Source: Dehalococcoidia bacterium (GTDB lineage: Bacteria > Chloroflexota > Dehalococcoidia > DSTF01 > JACRBR01). From it: a stretch of 64,000 nt of DNA. The first letter of the stretch is position 1; each line of letters begins with the position of its first letter. Under the pieces are notes generated by a model. The model had not been told where the DNA came from. It was given only the letters and a program-made list of their open reading frames with translations, and made no database searches. Shown here piece by piece: positions 1-10,178 of the stretch. The stretch is from positions 144,286 to 208,285 of the forward strand of contig JBGQBE010000001.1 of the NCBI GenBank assembly GCA_041494685.1, given 5' to 3'. The translations under genes were made by a program, and so were the position numbers.

Positions 1-1967
1 ACGTCGGACCTGTTACCGCTGGGCAGTCCCAACTCCGAATCTTGAAGTGCGGCTCCAACGGCTTCCAAGGCAACGAGGCGTCGCTTTGCTGAACTCGATT
101 GGAGTGCTTCTTCGATGATTCGAAAACGCTCGAACGCGTCTACTTCGGTGGGAGCGAGGAAAGTGAGGAAGAGCGACTTGAACACACCCGTCGCATTGTT
201 TCCAAACTTCTCGTTCTCGGCTTCAGCAAGCCGCAACAATATCCGTGCTGCGTCCTCGAATGTCTCCCTACGTTCGACGAGACGTTCCAGCGCCCAAACA
301 AGATTCCTTCTTCCTGATGTGAAGCCGAGTAGGCGTTCATCTGAGGCAGGAAGCAAGAGTCGTGTAAGAGTCCCCATACCGGCATCCGGTGCACCACTCG
401 ACACCATGAGGAACAGCCGGGAAGTCCGCTCAGAGTCGAGGTCATCTATCGTGCGAAAAGGACCGCCCGGCCCGAGCAAGACCTCCAACGCGTCGCGAAC
501 ACCGGGAACATCTCCGAGTTCGGCCAGGCGCTCGAAGAGCGCAGTCTTGCTCGCCTCATTTGGAAGCTGATCGAGAAGTTCCTCTATTCGGTGTGATTGG
601 CCGCGCCAGACTTCCGCTGCCTGCCACGTGGCAAGCAGTTCAGGAGAGACGTATCGGTATCGTCCTTTGGCTATGACAATGCCCTGTTGTTGGAGCCGGG
701 CTACCAGCATCTGCATGCGGTTCCACTCGATTCCGACAAACCCGGCCACGGCCTGTCCTTCAACGGCAACATCCGCCTCCCACCCGATACGAGTCAGCAG
801 CGACACTCCTCGCAGAGCATCCATTTCGTCTTTGTCGGCGACGATCAGTTTCGAAACGACTTCCTGCACATCGCGGTCGGTCGGCATCGCATTGATTTCG
901 GTCATGCCCCTTGCCAGACAGAAGGCCACCGGCAAGGCGAGCTTTACGTAGCCACGAGTCTTCTCCGCTATCCAGCGAACTTGGCTGTCGTCCAGAAGCG
1001 GTGTCGCAGCCTTCAGCACTCGCTCCATCGCCTTCTCATCCAGAGGGTCGAGGGCATACACGTTCTGACCATGCGGAGCGCCATGTCCCAATGTGATGAG
1101 GCGGAGGCGACCGCCTGCCGCCTCGGCCCATTGCTCGTATTTCTTTGAGTCACCGTCGTCGCACTCATCGACGATGAGCGTAAGCTCGATGTGGGCGTTC
1201 GCTGCGACCCAGTTGAACAGTTCTATTGGTACTTCTTGTCCATACAGGCTCACGCCAGCCAACCCTTGGGCCTTAACTGTTTCAAGCACCAGGCGGGTCT
1301 TCCCCACTCCCGCTTTACCGGTGACTCGCGCATGAGACGTTGTCGGCGCTGCCGAGAACATGGTCCGACTCAGGGCATCGATGGTGGCCTCACGCTGTGG
1401 GTCCGGGTTGAATTGAGTGGCGTGTTCCTCACTTTCGAGAATAACGTCAGCACGCTGGTACCCAAAGATTGGTCTGCCGAGCATGAAGAGTGTTGCTGGA
1501 ACCTTCGTCGCCCATCGTGCTATCTGGTCTGCAAAGAACACACGGACTGGTCCCGTGCATCCCACCGCCATTGCCATCTCTGCAATGGTTTCTCCGCGTG
1601 CGAGTTGTCGATTCGCAGCCATGCTCTGGCCGACGACGAGCGTATAACCTGCACCCTTCTCGAACTGCTCTTGCGCTGCTCGCGCGCCTTCCAGATCCTT
1701 CTTGAACCGGTCGAGGTTTCTCGGCCACCGCTTCTTGAATTGCCAAACCGTAAGCCCATCGAGAACGAACCTTGCCACTGAACCCGGGTTGTCGGTGAAT
1801 GCATCGATGCCCCCGTCGGGGTCATGGATCTTGAGGGTAATCTTCACGCGCTCTGGGGGAATGTGCACCGACATGGCGTCTTCCCAGATGAGCAGGTTGC
1901 ACAGTTCTACTAGCTGCTCTTCGGCAAGCCCGGTGATGTCTTTAGCTACAACCTCGAATGCGGACGC
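1..1967 (-). CDS. Partial (C-terminus beyond the window start) Mrr-like PD-(D/E)xK nuclease fused to a P-loop STAND/AAA-type NTPase with a long helical C-terminal region; Avs/NLR-like antiviral defense candidate
   Basis: My own reverse-complement translation from ATG at 1965-1967 (MASAFEVVAKDITGLAEEQL...) gives an uninterrupted ORF to position 1 (>650 aa). Motifs read in the translation: IHDPDGGIDAF...DGLTVWQFKKRW (Mrr_cat-like DGGID...QxKRW), Walker A TGKAGVGKT, Walker B LTLIVDECDD. The region is ~55-58% GC versus ~70% in the rest of the window. The gene is absent from the ORF track, probably because it is open at the window edge. Confidence 0.6.
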
Positions 1968-2228
1968 CATAGGAGGATTCTACAATGGGAGGGCGTTCCC
2001 TGGATGGCCGCCACGGCGCGAGCGCGCCACGGGCCGTGGTTCGAGCGTACGGCCAACCGCGACGCATGGGGAACAGCGCCGTGCGCCCAGATTAGCGGCG
2101 GGACGAGGAGAGCGCCACCGGGCTGGCTGCCGACGCCGGCGACTCCGGCGCCGCGAGCGCGCGCCAGCGGCAGCCAGCACACGGCAACATGAAACCGGCG
2201 CGTCAGCTCGGCCGGCGCACTGCCCCGT

Positions 2229-3770
2229 TCAGTCGATGCGGTAAAGGATGTAGTACGGCTCGTCGGCGCGGAACGTCTCGGTCAGGTGGAAGCGGGCCGT
2301 CACGGCGTCGTAATAGGCGTCGAAGGCGGGTCCGCCGTTCCCCATGTTGTCCTTCTCGTGCTCAAAGTAGGTGTACAGGTAGTAGACCGGCACGCCGCGC
2401 GCACGCGCCTGGCCTATCCGGTCCACCATGGCTTGCACCCGCTCCGGCGTGTTGCCCGCCGGGAGCGAATAGTCGATCAGGTCCACGTACTGGATCCGGG
2501 GGCTGCTGCCGATGACGCCCCGCGTGCCCGCGCTCACCAGCATGCTCCCGTCTGGTAGGCCCGCGATCACGGGGCGGAGTTGGCGGTACGCGGCCTCGTT
2601 CGACTGGGCGGCGGCGGTGGGCCAGCGGTACAGCATGACGGCATCGACCGCAAACCAGACCAGCGCCAGCAGCGCCATCGCGCCAAGCGCGGCGCGCATC
2701 GCCGTCGCGCCGCGGCGCTCGCGCAAGCCGGGCGCCATGCGCGCGATCGACGCAGGCGCGTGCGCGGCGAGCAGCAGCGCCAGCGCGAGACCCGGCAGCA
2801 TGTATCGCCCGTTCGCAAAGGGCAGCGGCGCGTGTGCGACCGGCCAGACGGCCAGGATGTACGCCGCAGCCAGCAGCAGCGGGCGATTGCGGATCCACAG
2901 CTCGCGCGCGCCAAGCGCCGCGAGGGGCGCGATGATCACACCGCTCGTCATGCCAAGCTCCGCGGCCAGGTAGAAGGGGATGTGCGCGCCGACCGTCGCG
3001 AACGTGATCGGCGCGCCGGTGGCGGTGCCGGTCCAGCCGCCGATGTATGCGAAGATCGCCGAGACGGCCACGAGCACCGCGCCCGCCAGCACCAGCTCGC
3101 GTTGCAGGACGCGGCCGAGCAGCGCACGCGGCGTGAAGGGCGCGCCCCCGCTGGCGCACCAGTAGATCAGCAGCGCCGGAAGCATCGCCGCGTCGGTAGC
3201 GCGGACATTCACGGTTATGCCGAGCATCAGCCCATAGAGGGCGAACCACGCAAGCCCGCGGCCGCGCATCACCGGCACCAGCAAGATGGATGAGATGATC
3301 CAGGTCGTCCCGACGATGTCGAAGAGGCAGTCGCGCGAGAAGTAGACGAACTGCGGCATGATCGCCAGGGCCCCGGCGAACAGCGCGGCCGCGAAACGGT
3401 CGCCGGTCGCCTTCAGCACCAGTGCGTAGGAGAGGGCAATCAGCACGAGCGAAGACCCGATGATCACGACCTGCATCGTGGCCAGGCTTTGCGGCAGGAA
3501 CAGGAAGAACGGCGCCATCGTGGCGGCGACGCCCGGCGGGTACAGGCCCGAGAGCGGAAAGTCGGCCGCCACCAGGCGCCGCGAGGCGGCCAGCTGCTCG
3601 TACGTGTCCGGCGTCCACGTCTGGAGATCGAAGCGCCAGGTCCGCAGCAGCAGCGCCAGCGCGACGATGCCGAGCGGCACGGCCACCGCCCGCGCGATCG
3701 CGGGGACGCCCGCAAGCCAGCCGACCGAAAGGTCAGCCTTGCCAAATCGGCTGTAGGTGAGTTTCGTCAT
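2229..3770 (-). CDS. GT-C fold membrane glycosyltransferase (ArnT/PMT-like, uses a polyprenyl-phosphate-sugar donor) with a C-terminal soluble domain
   Basis: ORF 2229..4019 (-). At least 10 predicted TM helices followed by a soluble C-terminus. Start trimmed to the ATG for MTKLTYSRFGK because the upstream 80 aa are Arg/Pro-rich filler. Confidence 0.7.
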   Translation of the reverse strand: MTKLTYSRFGKADLSVGWLAGVPAIARAVAVPLGIVALALLLRTWRFDLQTWTPDTYEQLAASRRLVAADFPLSGLYPPGVAATMAPFFLFLPQSLATMQVVIIGSSLVLIALSYALVLKATGDRFAAALFAGALAIMPQFVYFSRDCLFDIVGTTWIISSILLVPVMRGRGLAWFALYGLMLGITVNVRATDAAMLPALLIYWCASGGAPFTPRALLGRVLQRELVLAGAVLVAVSAIFAYIGGWTGTATGAPITFATVGAHIPFYLAAELGMTSGVIIAPLAALGARELWIRNRPLLLAAAYILAVWPVAHAPLPFANGRYMLPGLALALLLAAHAPASIARMAPGLRERRGATAMRAALGAMALLALVWFAVDAVMLYRWPTAAAQSNEAAYRQLRPVIAGLPDGSMLVSAGTRGVIGSSPRIQYVDLIDYSLPAGNTPERVQAMVDRIGQARARGVPVYYLYTYFEHEKDNMGNGGPAFDAYYDAVTARFHLTETFRADEPYYILYRID

Positions 3771-3975
3771 CCAGGTGCCCGGAGTGCCGTCAACGCGCGT
3801 CGGTAGAAGTATCGGCAGCGGGCACCCCGCCTCAGAGGCCGCGGGGTCTCGGGAAGCCAAGATCCGGCGACCGTGAAGCTGTTCCGGCGCCGGGGTTAGT
3901 GCCGGCGCAACGGCCACGCAGCGTCGCGGGGCGCGATTCGACCCCACGATGGCCTCGTCGGGTACGCTTCTCCGG

Positions 3976-5124
3976 ATGAAGATCGCCATCGTGTACGACG
4001 CCCTGTTCCCGTACGTCAAAGGCGGCGGCGAACGCCGATACTACGAGCTTGCGCGCCGCCTCAGCGGCCGCCACGACGTGCACATGGTCTCCTGGCACTA
4101 CTGGCCGGGCCCGTCCCGCGCCGTCATCAACGGAATCACGCATCATGGCACCGGACGCCCCCCGGACTTCTACGGCGCGGACGGCCGCCGCCGCATCGCG
4201 GAGGCCGCCGCGTTTGCCGTGCGCGCGCTGCCGGTGCTGCTCCGCGAACGCTTCGACGTTATCGACTGCGCGTCGGTGCCGTTCCTGCCGCTCTTCAGCT
4301 CCGCGCTGGGCGTGCGCGTCCGTGGCGGCAAGCTGGTGGCGACCTGGTTCGAGTACTGGGACGACTACTGGCTGACCTACCGCGGCGGCGCGTCCGGACG
4401 CCTGGCGCGGCTGGCCGAGCGCACGTCCGCGCGGCTCGGCGCGGCGCAGATCGCCATCTCGCAGACGACGGCCGACCGCATGGCCGCGGGCCGGCCGACG
4501 CGCGCGCCGGTCAGCGTGATCGAGCCCGGCGTCGACCTCGACCGCATCCGCGCGGCGCACGCGCCGCCGAAGTCGAGCGACGTCGTCTTCGCCGGGCGCC
4601 TCAACGCGCAGAAGAACGTGTCGCTCTTGCTCGAAGCGGTCGCGCAGGCGGCACGCACGCCTGGCGCGTTCACCTGCACCATCATCGGCGACGGGCCGGA
4701 GCGCGCGCGCCTCGAGGCGCTGGCGCGGCGGCTCGGCGTGGCCGGCCGCGTGATCTTCCTCGGGCGCATCGAGGACGACGCAGCGTACTACTCGGCGATC
4801 AAGTCGGCGCGCGTGTTCGCATGGCCATCCGTCGCCGAAGGGTTCGGTCTCGCCCCGCTCGAGGCGATGGCGTGCGGCGTGCCCCCGGTGGTCGCCGCCT
4901 CCGACTTCAGCGCGACGGAGTCGCTCGTGCGCGACGGCGAGACCGGGCGCGTGGTCCCGGCGGATCCGGCGGCGTTCGCCGCGGCGATCCGCGGGCTGCT
5001 CGGTGACGCGAAGCTGATGCGTACGATGAGCGCGGCCGGGGGCGCCCGGGCGGAGCGATCCGGCTGGGACGCGATGGCGCGCGCCGTGGAGCGCGTCTAC
5101 GTCGAGACGGCCGGACGTGCGTAG
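3976..5124 (+). CDS. Glycosyltransferase family 4 (GT1/GT4 retaining GT)
   Basis: ORF 3949..5124. Start at MKIAIVYD. C-terminal EGFGLAPLEAMACGVPPV motif typical of GT4. Confidence 0.8.
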   Translation: MKIAIVYDALFPYVKGGGERRYYELARRLSGRHDVHMVSWHYWPGPSRAVINGITHHGTGRPPDFYGADGRRRIAEAAAFAVRALPVLLRERFDVIDCASVPFLPLFSSALGVRVRGGKLVATWFEYWDDYWLTYRGGASGRLARLAERTSARLGAAQIAISQTTADRMAAGRPTRAPVSVIEPGVDLDRIRAAHAPPKSSDVVFAGRLNAQKNVSLLLEAVAQAARTPGAFTCTIIGDGPERARLEALARRLGVAGRVIFLGRIEDDAAYYSAIKSARVFAWPSVAEGFGLAPLEAMACGVPPVVAASDFSATESLVRDGETGRVVPADPAAFAAAIRGLLGDAKLMRTMSAAGGARAERSGWDAMARAVERVYVETAGRA

Positions 5125-6146
5125 TCAGGCCGCCCGAGACAGCTCGGCCGCGCCGGGCTCGGCGCCGTGGACGGCGGAGCGCCGCGACAGGTAGACGTAC
5201 GCCGCCACGGCCATCAGCCCCAACGGCAGCATCACCGTCACCCGCACCAGCACCGCGACCGCCGTGCCACGCTCCAGGCCGACGCCGCACCAGCGCAGCA
5301 GCGCCGCCAGCGACCCGTCGCTGGAGCCGAGCCCCAGCGGCAACGGCCACCCGGCGAGCTGTGACACGCCGAACGCCAGCCACGCCTGTCCGAACGTGAT
5401 GCGGCCGCCGTGGACGGCGGCCACCAGCAGCCAGAACTGCAACGCCGCCGCGGCGAAGCTCAACACCGTCAGCAGCGACCATCCCGCGAGCAGACCGCGG
5501 TCCGTCAGCAGCCATCGCAGGCGACCCGCGGCGACCCGGAGCCTCGCCAGCGCGCGACGCACGATGCCGCCTCCAGCGTCTCCGTACGCGGCGGGCCGAT
5601 CCGGGATGAGCGCGCCGGCGATCGGCACCAGCGCGAGCGCTCCGATGGCGGTCGCAGCCACGGCCAGCGCCGCAACCAGCGGCAGCACCACGAATGCCGC
5701 GGCCGCGCACGTGCCCAGCGCCAGCAGCAACGCCGACAACCCGCGTTCGTAGAGGCCCAGCGCAAGGCCGTCCTCCACGGACGCGCCGGCGCGCGACAGC
5801 GCGGCCACGCGAAACAGCTCCCCCGACGACGCCGGAGAGAGCGAGCCCGCCACGCTTCCCAGGATCGCGCTCGCGAACACGAACCCCGCATCGGCGTCGA
5901 TGCCGAGCCGGCGCATCGCCAGCCGTGAGCGAAACGCGAAGAGCAGCGCGATCGCCACGTCGAGCGCGACGACCGCAGCCAGCAGGCGGAGGTTGGCGTG
6001 CGAGACGACGCCGCCCATCGCGGCGGCGTCCGACTTCCACAGCACAAGGGCGAAGAGCGCGACCGCGATGCCAAGCTGCAGCGCCCGGCCGGCGGCCAGG
6101 GCGCGGATGCGCCCGCCTCGCGCCGGTGTGAGCTGCGCGGCCACGC
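5125..6146 (-). CDS. Flippase-like / lysyl-PG-synthase-TM-like (UPF0104) polytopic membrane protein
   Basis: 3' part of ORF 5125..6561. The first 140 codons are an Arg-rich low-complexity artefact; the likely GTG start is ~6141-6147, immediately after the GT2 stop. 8-9 predicted TM helices. Confidence 0.55.
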
Positions 6147-7433
6147 CTACGCCGCCCGACGGTCGCGCGGCAGCGGCACCGGCTCTGCGCGGTCCGGCTC
6201 GGCGGCGCTCGCTGTGCCTTGCACCCCGCGGCGATCTTCCAGCAGGCTCGCGAGCGCGCCGACCAGTCCGACGTTCGCGCCGACGATGATCGACGCCTGG
6301 GCGATCGCCGCCAGGTCCAGCCGGCTGACGCCGGCGAACGCCACGAAGGCGATCGCCACGTTTAGCGCCAGCCCCGCGACGATGAGCACGCTGGCGATCA
6401 CGACGAAAGCCTCCAGACCGAGATAGCGGTGGTAGAAGCGCAGCACGGCGTCCTCGTTCGTGATGCCGCGCGCGGTCGTATAGAGCCGCGATGCGAATCC
6501 CAGCAGGAGCGCGTTCACACCCACGGTCAAGAAGATGCCGCCCGCGAAGACCGGCTGCCACGTCAGGTCTCCCGTCTGGATGCCGTGCGACGGGAGCGCC
6601 ATCGCAAGCGTGATGATGCCGAGCAGCGTCAGCGCAGCGCCCGGCAGCGTGAACAGGTAGTTGGGGCTGGCTAGCAGCAGGAATCGCAGGTGACGCCAGC
6701 CGTCGCGGACGGTGTTGAGCTTCGCCTCGCCGAGGCGCTCACCGTACGGCACCGGGATGTCCGCGACGCGCAGCCCGCGCCGCGCGGCCTTCAGCACCAT
6801 CTCGGACGCAAGCTCCATGCCGTCGGTGCCAAGCTCCAGGCGGTCGAGCGCCTCGCGCGTGAACGCGCGCAGTCCGCACTGGCTGTCGCCGACCTTCAAC
6901 CCCGTGAACACCTTCAGCAGCGCCGAGATCACGGGCGTGCCGATATAGCGGTGGCTCCACGTCATCGCACCCGGAGCGATGCCGCCGGAGAACCGGTTCC
7001 CGATCGACATGTCGTAGCCCTCAGCGAGCGGCGCCGTCAGCGGATCGAGATCGCTGAAGTCGTACGTGTCGTCACAGTCGCCCATGACGAGCCAGTCGCC
7101 GCGCGCCTCGTCGAAGCCGCGGCGCAGCGCCGAACCGTATCCCCGCCGCGACTCATGCACCACGCGCGCGCCCACCGCCGACGCGAGCTGCACCGAGCGG
7201 TCGGTTGAGCCGTTGTCCACGACGATCACCTCGCCCTCGTGGCCGCTGCGCGCGAGCCAGCCGAGCGCCTTCCGCACGCAGGCGACGACCGTCTGCTCCT
7301 CGTCCAGGCATGGCATGACGATCGAGATGTACGGGCGGCGCGCCGTAGCCGGATGCACCGGCGGTAGCCGCGGAATTTGTCGCGCTGAAGCCACTAGGCA
7401 TTGTCCTTCGCTGGCGTCGTGAGGTTCCCGCAT
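6147..7433 (-). CDS. GT2 polyprenyl-phosphate sugar synthase (DPM1/ArnC-like) with a C-terminal 4-TM domain
   Basis: ISIVMPCLDEE...VVDNGSTDRS...DCDDT motifs of GT-A family 2. C-terminal hydrophobic helices. The true start may lie downstream of 7433. Confidence 0.75.
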   Translation of the reverse strand: MREPHDASEGQCLVASARQIPRLPPVHPATARRPYISIVMPCLDEEQTVVACVRKALGWLARSGHEGEVIVVDNGSTDRSVQLASAVGARVVHESRRGYGSALRRGFDEARGDWLVMGDCDDTYDFSDLDPLTAPLAEGYDMSIGNRFSGGIAPGAMTWSHRYIGTPVISALLKVFTGLKVGDSQCGLRAFTREALDRLELGTDGMELASEMVLKAARRGLRVADIPVPYGERLGEAKLNTVRDGWRHLRFLLLASPNYLFTLPGAALTLLGIITLAMALPSHGIQTGDLTWQPVFAGGIFLTVGVNALLLGFASRLYTTARGITNEDAVLRFYHRYLGLEAFVVIASVLIVAGLALNVAIAFVAFAGVSRLDLAAIAQASIIVGANVGLVGALASLLEDRRGVQGTASAAEPDRAEPVPLPRDRRAA

Positions 7434-7686
7434 ATGTATCGACCCGAGTGCCCCGTCCGTGCACCATCAGCTTCGCCCCGCCGCGACAACCGTGCCAGAT
7501 CGTGACCGCGCCGGCACGGCCCGCGTAGCGATCCGGGTGTTAGCACCCGGAGCCAGTATCCGCCGCGCATGGATGATCGCCGGATTGATGCTAGAATCGG
7601 CGCAACGATCGCGCTCACGGATGAGCGCCGCGCGCACGTTGAGGTCAGTGGCCGGCGGCGCCCGCGTGCCAGGCCGGCGGCATGTG

Positions 7687-8415
7687 ATGGAACAACAGCC
7701 CGGCCCCGTCACCAGGCTCGTCGACGCGTGGAAGCGCCGTGGCGCCATCTATGTCGCCTCGTACCTCCTGATGGCGCTGACCTACCCGATCTGGACGCGC
7801 TATCCCGCCCTCGTCGGCCGCGAGCGCACGTTCCTCTTCCACGGCCGCACGATCCCGTACTTCTGGCACCGCTACAACGGCACCTGGGCGAACGAACGCT
7901 CCGTCGAGATCCCGATCGTCCGCCAGATGATCGCGCGCTTTGAGCACGAGACGATGCTCGAGGTGGGGAACGTGCTGTCGCACTACTTCAGCGACCGGCA
8001 CGACGTCGTCGACAAGTACGAGGTGGCGCCGGGCGTAACGAACGTCGACGTCGTCGACTTCGCGCCCGGCAGGTCCTACGACCTCATCGTCAGCATCTCC
8101 ACGCTGGAGCACGTCGGCTGGGACGAGTACCCCCGCGAGGACGGCAAAGCCGTGCGCGCGATCGAGCGTCTGCGCGACTGCCTCAGCGAAGGCGGCCGGT
8201 TGGTCGTCACCCTTCCCGTGGGCCACAACCACGACCTCGACCGCGCGCTGGCCGCGAGCAAGGTGGCGTTCTCCGAGTGCTACTACCTCAAGCGCGTCTC
8301 AGTCCACAACGACTGGGTCGAAGCCGATGCGGCCGCCGCCGAGGGCGCACGATACGACGTGCCCTTCCCCTCCGCCAACGTGCTGCTGGTCGGCGTGATC
8401 ACGCGCGGCGCGTAG
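7687..8415 (+). CDS. Class I SAM-dependent methyltransferase-like protein
   Basis: ORF 7459..8415 trimmed to ATG 7687 (MEQQPGP). LEVGNVLSHYF and DLIVSISTLEHV motifs. Divergent from the GT2 gene. Confidence 0.55.
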   Translation: MEQQPGPVTRLVDAWKRRGAIYVASYLLMALTYPIWTRYPALVGRERTFLFHGRTIPYFWHRYNGTWANERSVEIPIVRQMIARFEHETMLEVGNVLSHYFSDRHDVVDKYEVAPGVTNVDVVDFAPGRSYDLIVSISTLEHVGWDEYPREDGKAVRAIERLRDCLSEGGRLVVTLPVGHNHDLDRALAASKVAFSECYYLKRVSVHNDWVEADAAAAEGARYDVPFPSANVLLVGVITRGA

Positions 8416-8437
8416 GCCGCGCCGTCGGACTTGCCGC

Positions 8438-9115
8438 TCAGCGGCGGGACGACGAGAGCGCCACGGGGCTGGCGTCGGCGACGGGCAGATCCGGCGACAC
8501 CAACGCGCGCCAGCGGCATCCCCCCGGGCAGTACATCTGCACGAAGAAGCTGTCAGCGCCCGCTTGGGCCGCCGCCACGTGCACCACGCCGCCCGACGTC
8601 ACCGCGCCCGACGCCGGATCGCCCGGCCCGGCAGCGGCGCAGATGTGCTGTTCCGGCGGCAGGCCGCGGTCCGAGTCGAGGCACCAGAACCAAGCGCTCT
8701 TGCCCCGCGCCGCTGGCTCCACGTCCACCCGCAGGCGCAGGTCACCGGCCATCATTGGCACGGCGAGCCGGCCGCTGCCGGTCGCGCTGGCGGCGAACGC
8801 CGGCTCCGGCAGCGCGGGCGCGTGCGTGCTCGCGCCGCCCCCGCTGATGAAGTAGGCACTGGTCCCGCAGATCGCCAGGATGACGACCCAGAACGCGCCG
8901 CGTCCGTGGGATGCGGCCCACGCGAGGTGACGCCGCCACGGCGGGAGCGCTCCGGCGCGCTCGCGCGGGAACGGCAGCGGCCGCGTCGGAGGCTCGGCCG
9001 CTTCGGCGTCGGCGCGCAGCGTCAGCAGGCGCTCTTCGAGCGCGTCGAGCGCGGGCGCGAGGCGGCGCGGCTCGGTCGCCGTGCGCGTCTTCTTGGCCGG
9101 GCGAATGATGGCCAT
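8438..9115 (-). CDS. Hypothetical single-pass membrane protein with a Cys-containing extracytoplasmic domain
   Basis: Only the 3' 226 codons of ORF 8438..10111 are retained (MAIIRPAKK...). The upstream part overlaps a bona fide crotonase gene on the + strand. TM helix AFWVVILAICGTSAYFI. CPGGC motif. Confidence 0.45.
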   Translation of the reverse strand: MAIIRPAKKTRTATEPRRLAPALDALEERLLTLRADAEAAEPPTRPLPFPRERAGALPPWRRHLAWAASHGRGAFWVVILAICGTSAYFISGGGASTHAPALPEPAFAASATGSGRLAVPMMAGDLRLRVDVEPAARGKSAWFWCLDSDRGLPPEQHICAAAGPGDPASGAVTSGGVVHVAAAQAGADSFFVQMYCPGGCRWRALVSPDLPVADASPVALSSSRR

Positions 9116-9301
9116 CGCTTCTGCTCCATCCCTGGGTCCGCTTCGTCTTGTAGCGGCGATGCTAACAAAGATCGGCCCGCATCGGCGCCGGATCGCTTGA
9201 CATCCGCTTGACATCGCGACTCCCGGTGCCGGCGCGACCGGCGATTCCCTACGGTCGCCGCCGGTGCTACCGTGACCGCAGCCACGCAAAGGAGGAGCAG
9301 C

Positions 9302-10153
9302 ATGCAGACCGGCAGCTTCCGCGGGTTCGACGTCGCCCTGCACGACCCGGGCATCGCCCTGATCACGATGAACCAGCCGGACCGCCTCAACGGCATGACC
9401 CAGGGCATGAAGCGCGACCTCGTCGAGACGGTCACGCAGGCGCAGATGGACGACGGCGTCCGCGTCCTCGTCATCACCGGCAGCGGCCGCGCCTTCTCCG
9501 CTGGCGACGACATCAGCGGCCGCCGCCCGCCCGGCGCCGGCGACGCGCTCGTGCCGGAGATTCCGCCGGGTCACCACAACGCCATGGGCACGTACGACGG
9601 CCTGCGCTGGCTCTCGCAGCCGCTCAACACGACGCTGCGCAACTGCGACAAGCTCACCATCGCCGCCATCAACGGCGTCGCCATCCAGACCGGCTTTTCG
9701 ATGGCGCTCTCGTGCGACTTCCGCATCGCCGCCGCCGGCGCGCGCATGGGCAGCGGCACGCTGCGCTTCGCCCTGCTGCCCGACGAGGGCGGCCAGTACC
9801 TGCTCGTGCAACTGCTGGGCGTCGCGCGGGCGATGGACTTCCTGATCCGCAACCGCATCGTCACGGCGGAGGAGGCGCACGCGCTGGGACTGGTCCACGA
9901 GGTCGCGCCGCCGGAGGAGCTGCTGGACCGCGCGATGGCGCTGGCCCGCGAGCTGGCCAACGGCCCGCAGGTCGCCATGCGCCTGCTCAAGCGGACGATC
10001 TACAACGCCGCGGAACTCACCTTCGCGCAGGCGCTCGACGACATCGCCGCGAAGACCGCCATCACGGACCACCATCCCGACGCCGTCGAGGGTATCCGTG
10101 CCTTCCAGCAAAAGCAGGCGCCCAAATTCAACGTCTGGCTGGAGGGGAAGTAG
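9302..10153 (+). CDS. Enoyl-CoA hydratase/isomerase (crotonase superfamily)
   Basis: AGGAGG 8 nt upstream of ATG 9302. ITGSGRAFSAGDDI oxyanion-hole motif. Confidence 0.85.
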   Translation: MQTGSFRGFDVALHDPGIALITMNQPDRLNGMTQGMKRDLVETVTQAQMDDGVRVLVITGSGRAFSAGDDISGRRPPGAGDALVPEIPPGHHNAMGTYDGLRWLSQPLNTTLRNCDKLTIAAINGVAIQTGFSMALSCDFRIAAAGARMGSGTLRFALLPDEGGQYLLVQLLGVARAMDFLIRNRIVTAEEAHALGLVHEVAPPEELLDRAMALARELANGPQVAMRLLKRTIYNAAELTFAQALDDIAAKTAITDHHPDAVEGIRAFQQKQAPKFNVWLEGK

Positions 10154-10155
10154 CG

Positions 10156-10178
10156 CGAGCGGATCCGCGGTGCGGGCG
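10156..10178. terminator. Palindromic hairpin (GCGGATCCGC core) between convergent genes; putative bidirectional terminator
   Basis: Seen in sequence between the crotonase stop and the LEH-like stop. No strong U-tract. Confidence 0.3.

Noticed and set aside
2362-3618. 418-aa minus-strand ORF (and 2580..3293 + 237 aa) overlapping the GT-C gene
   Set aside because: Arg/Ala/Gly-dominated low-complexity translations in alternate frames of a well-supported membrane glycosyltransferase. This is the typical high-GC antisense open frame.
4907-6074. ORFs 4907..6040 (-) 377 aa and 5505..6074 (-) 189 aa
   Set aside because: Arg-rich low-complexity frames overlapping the GT4 gene and the flippase-like gene. 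No motifs.
9116-10111. 5' two thirds of the 557-aa ORF 8438..10111 (-)
   Set aside because: Antisense to a bona fide crotonase with a strong RBS. Only the 3' 226 codons (MAIIRPAKK...) look like a real protein.
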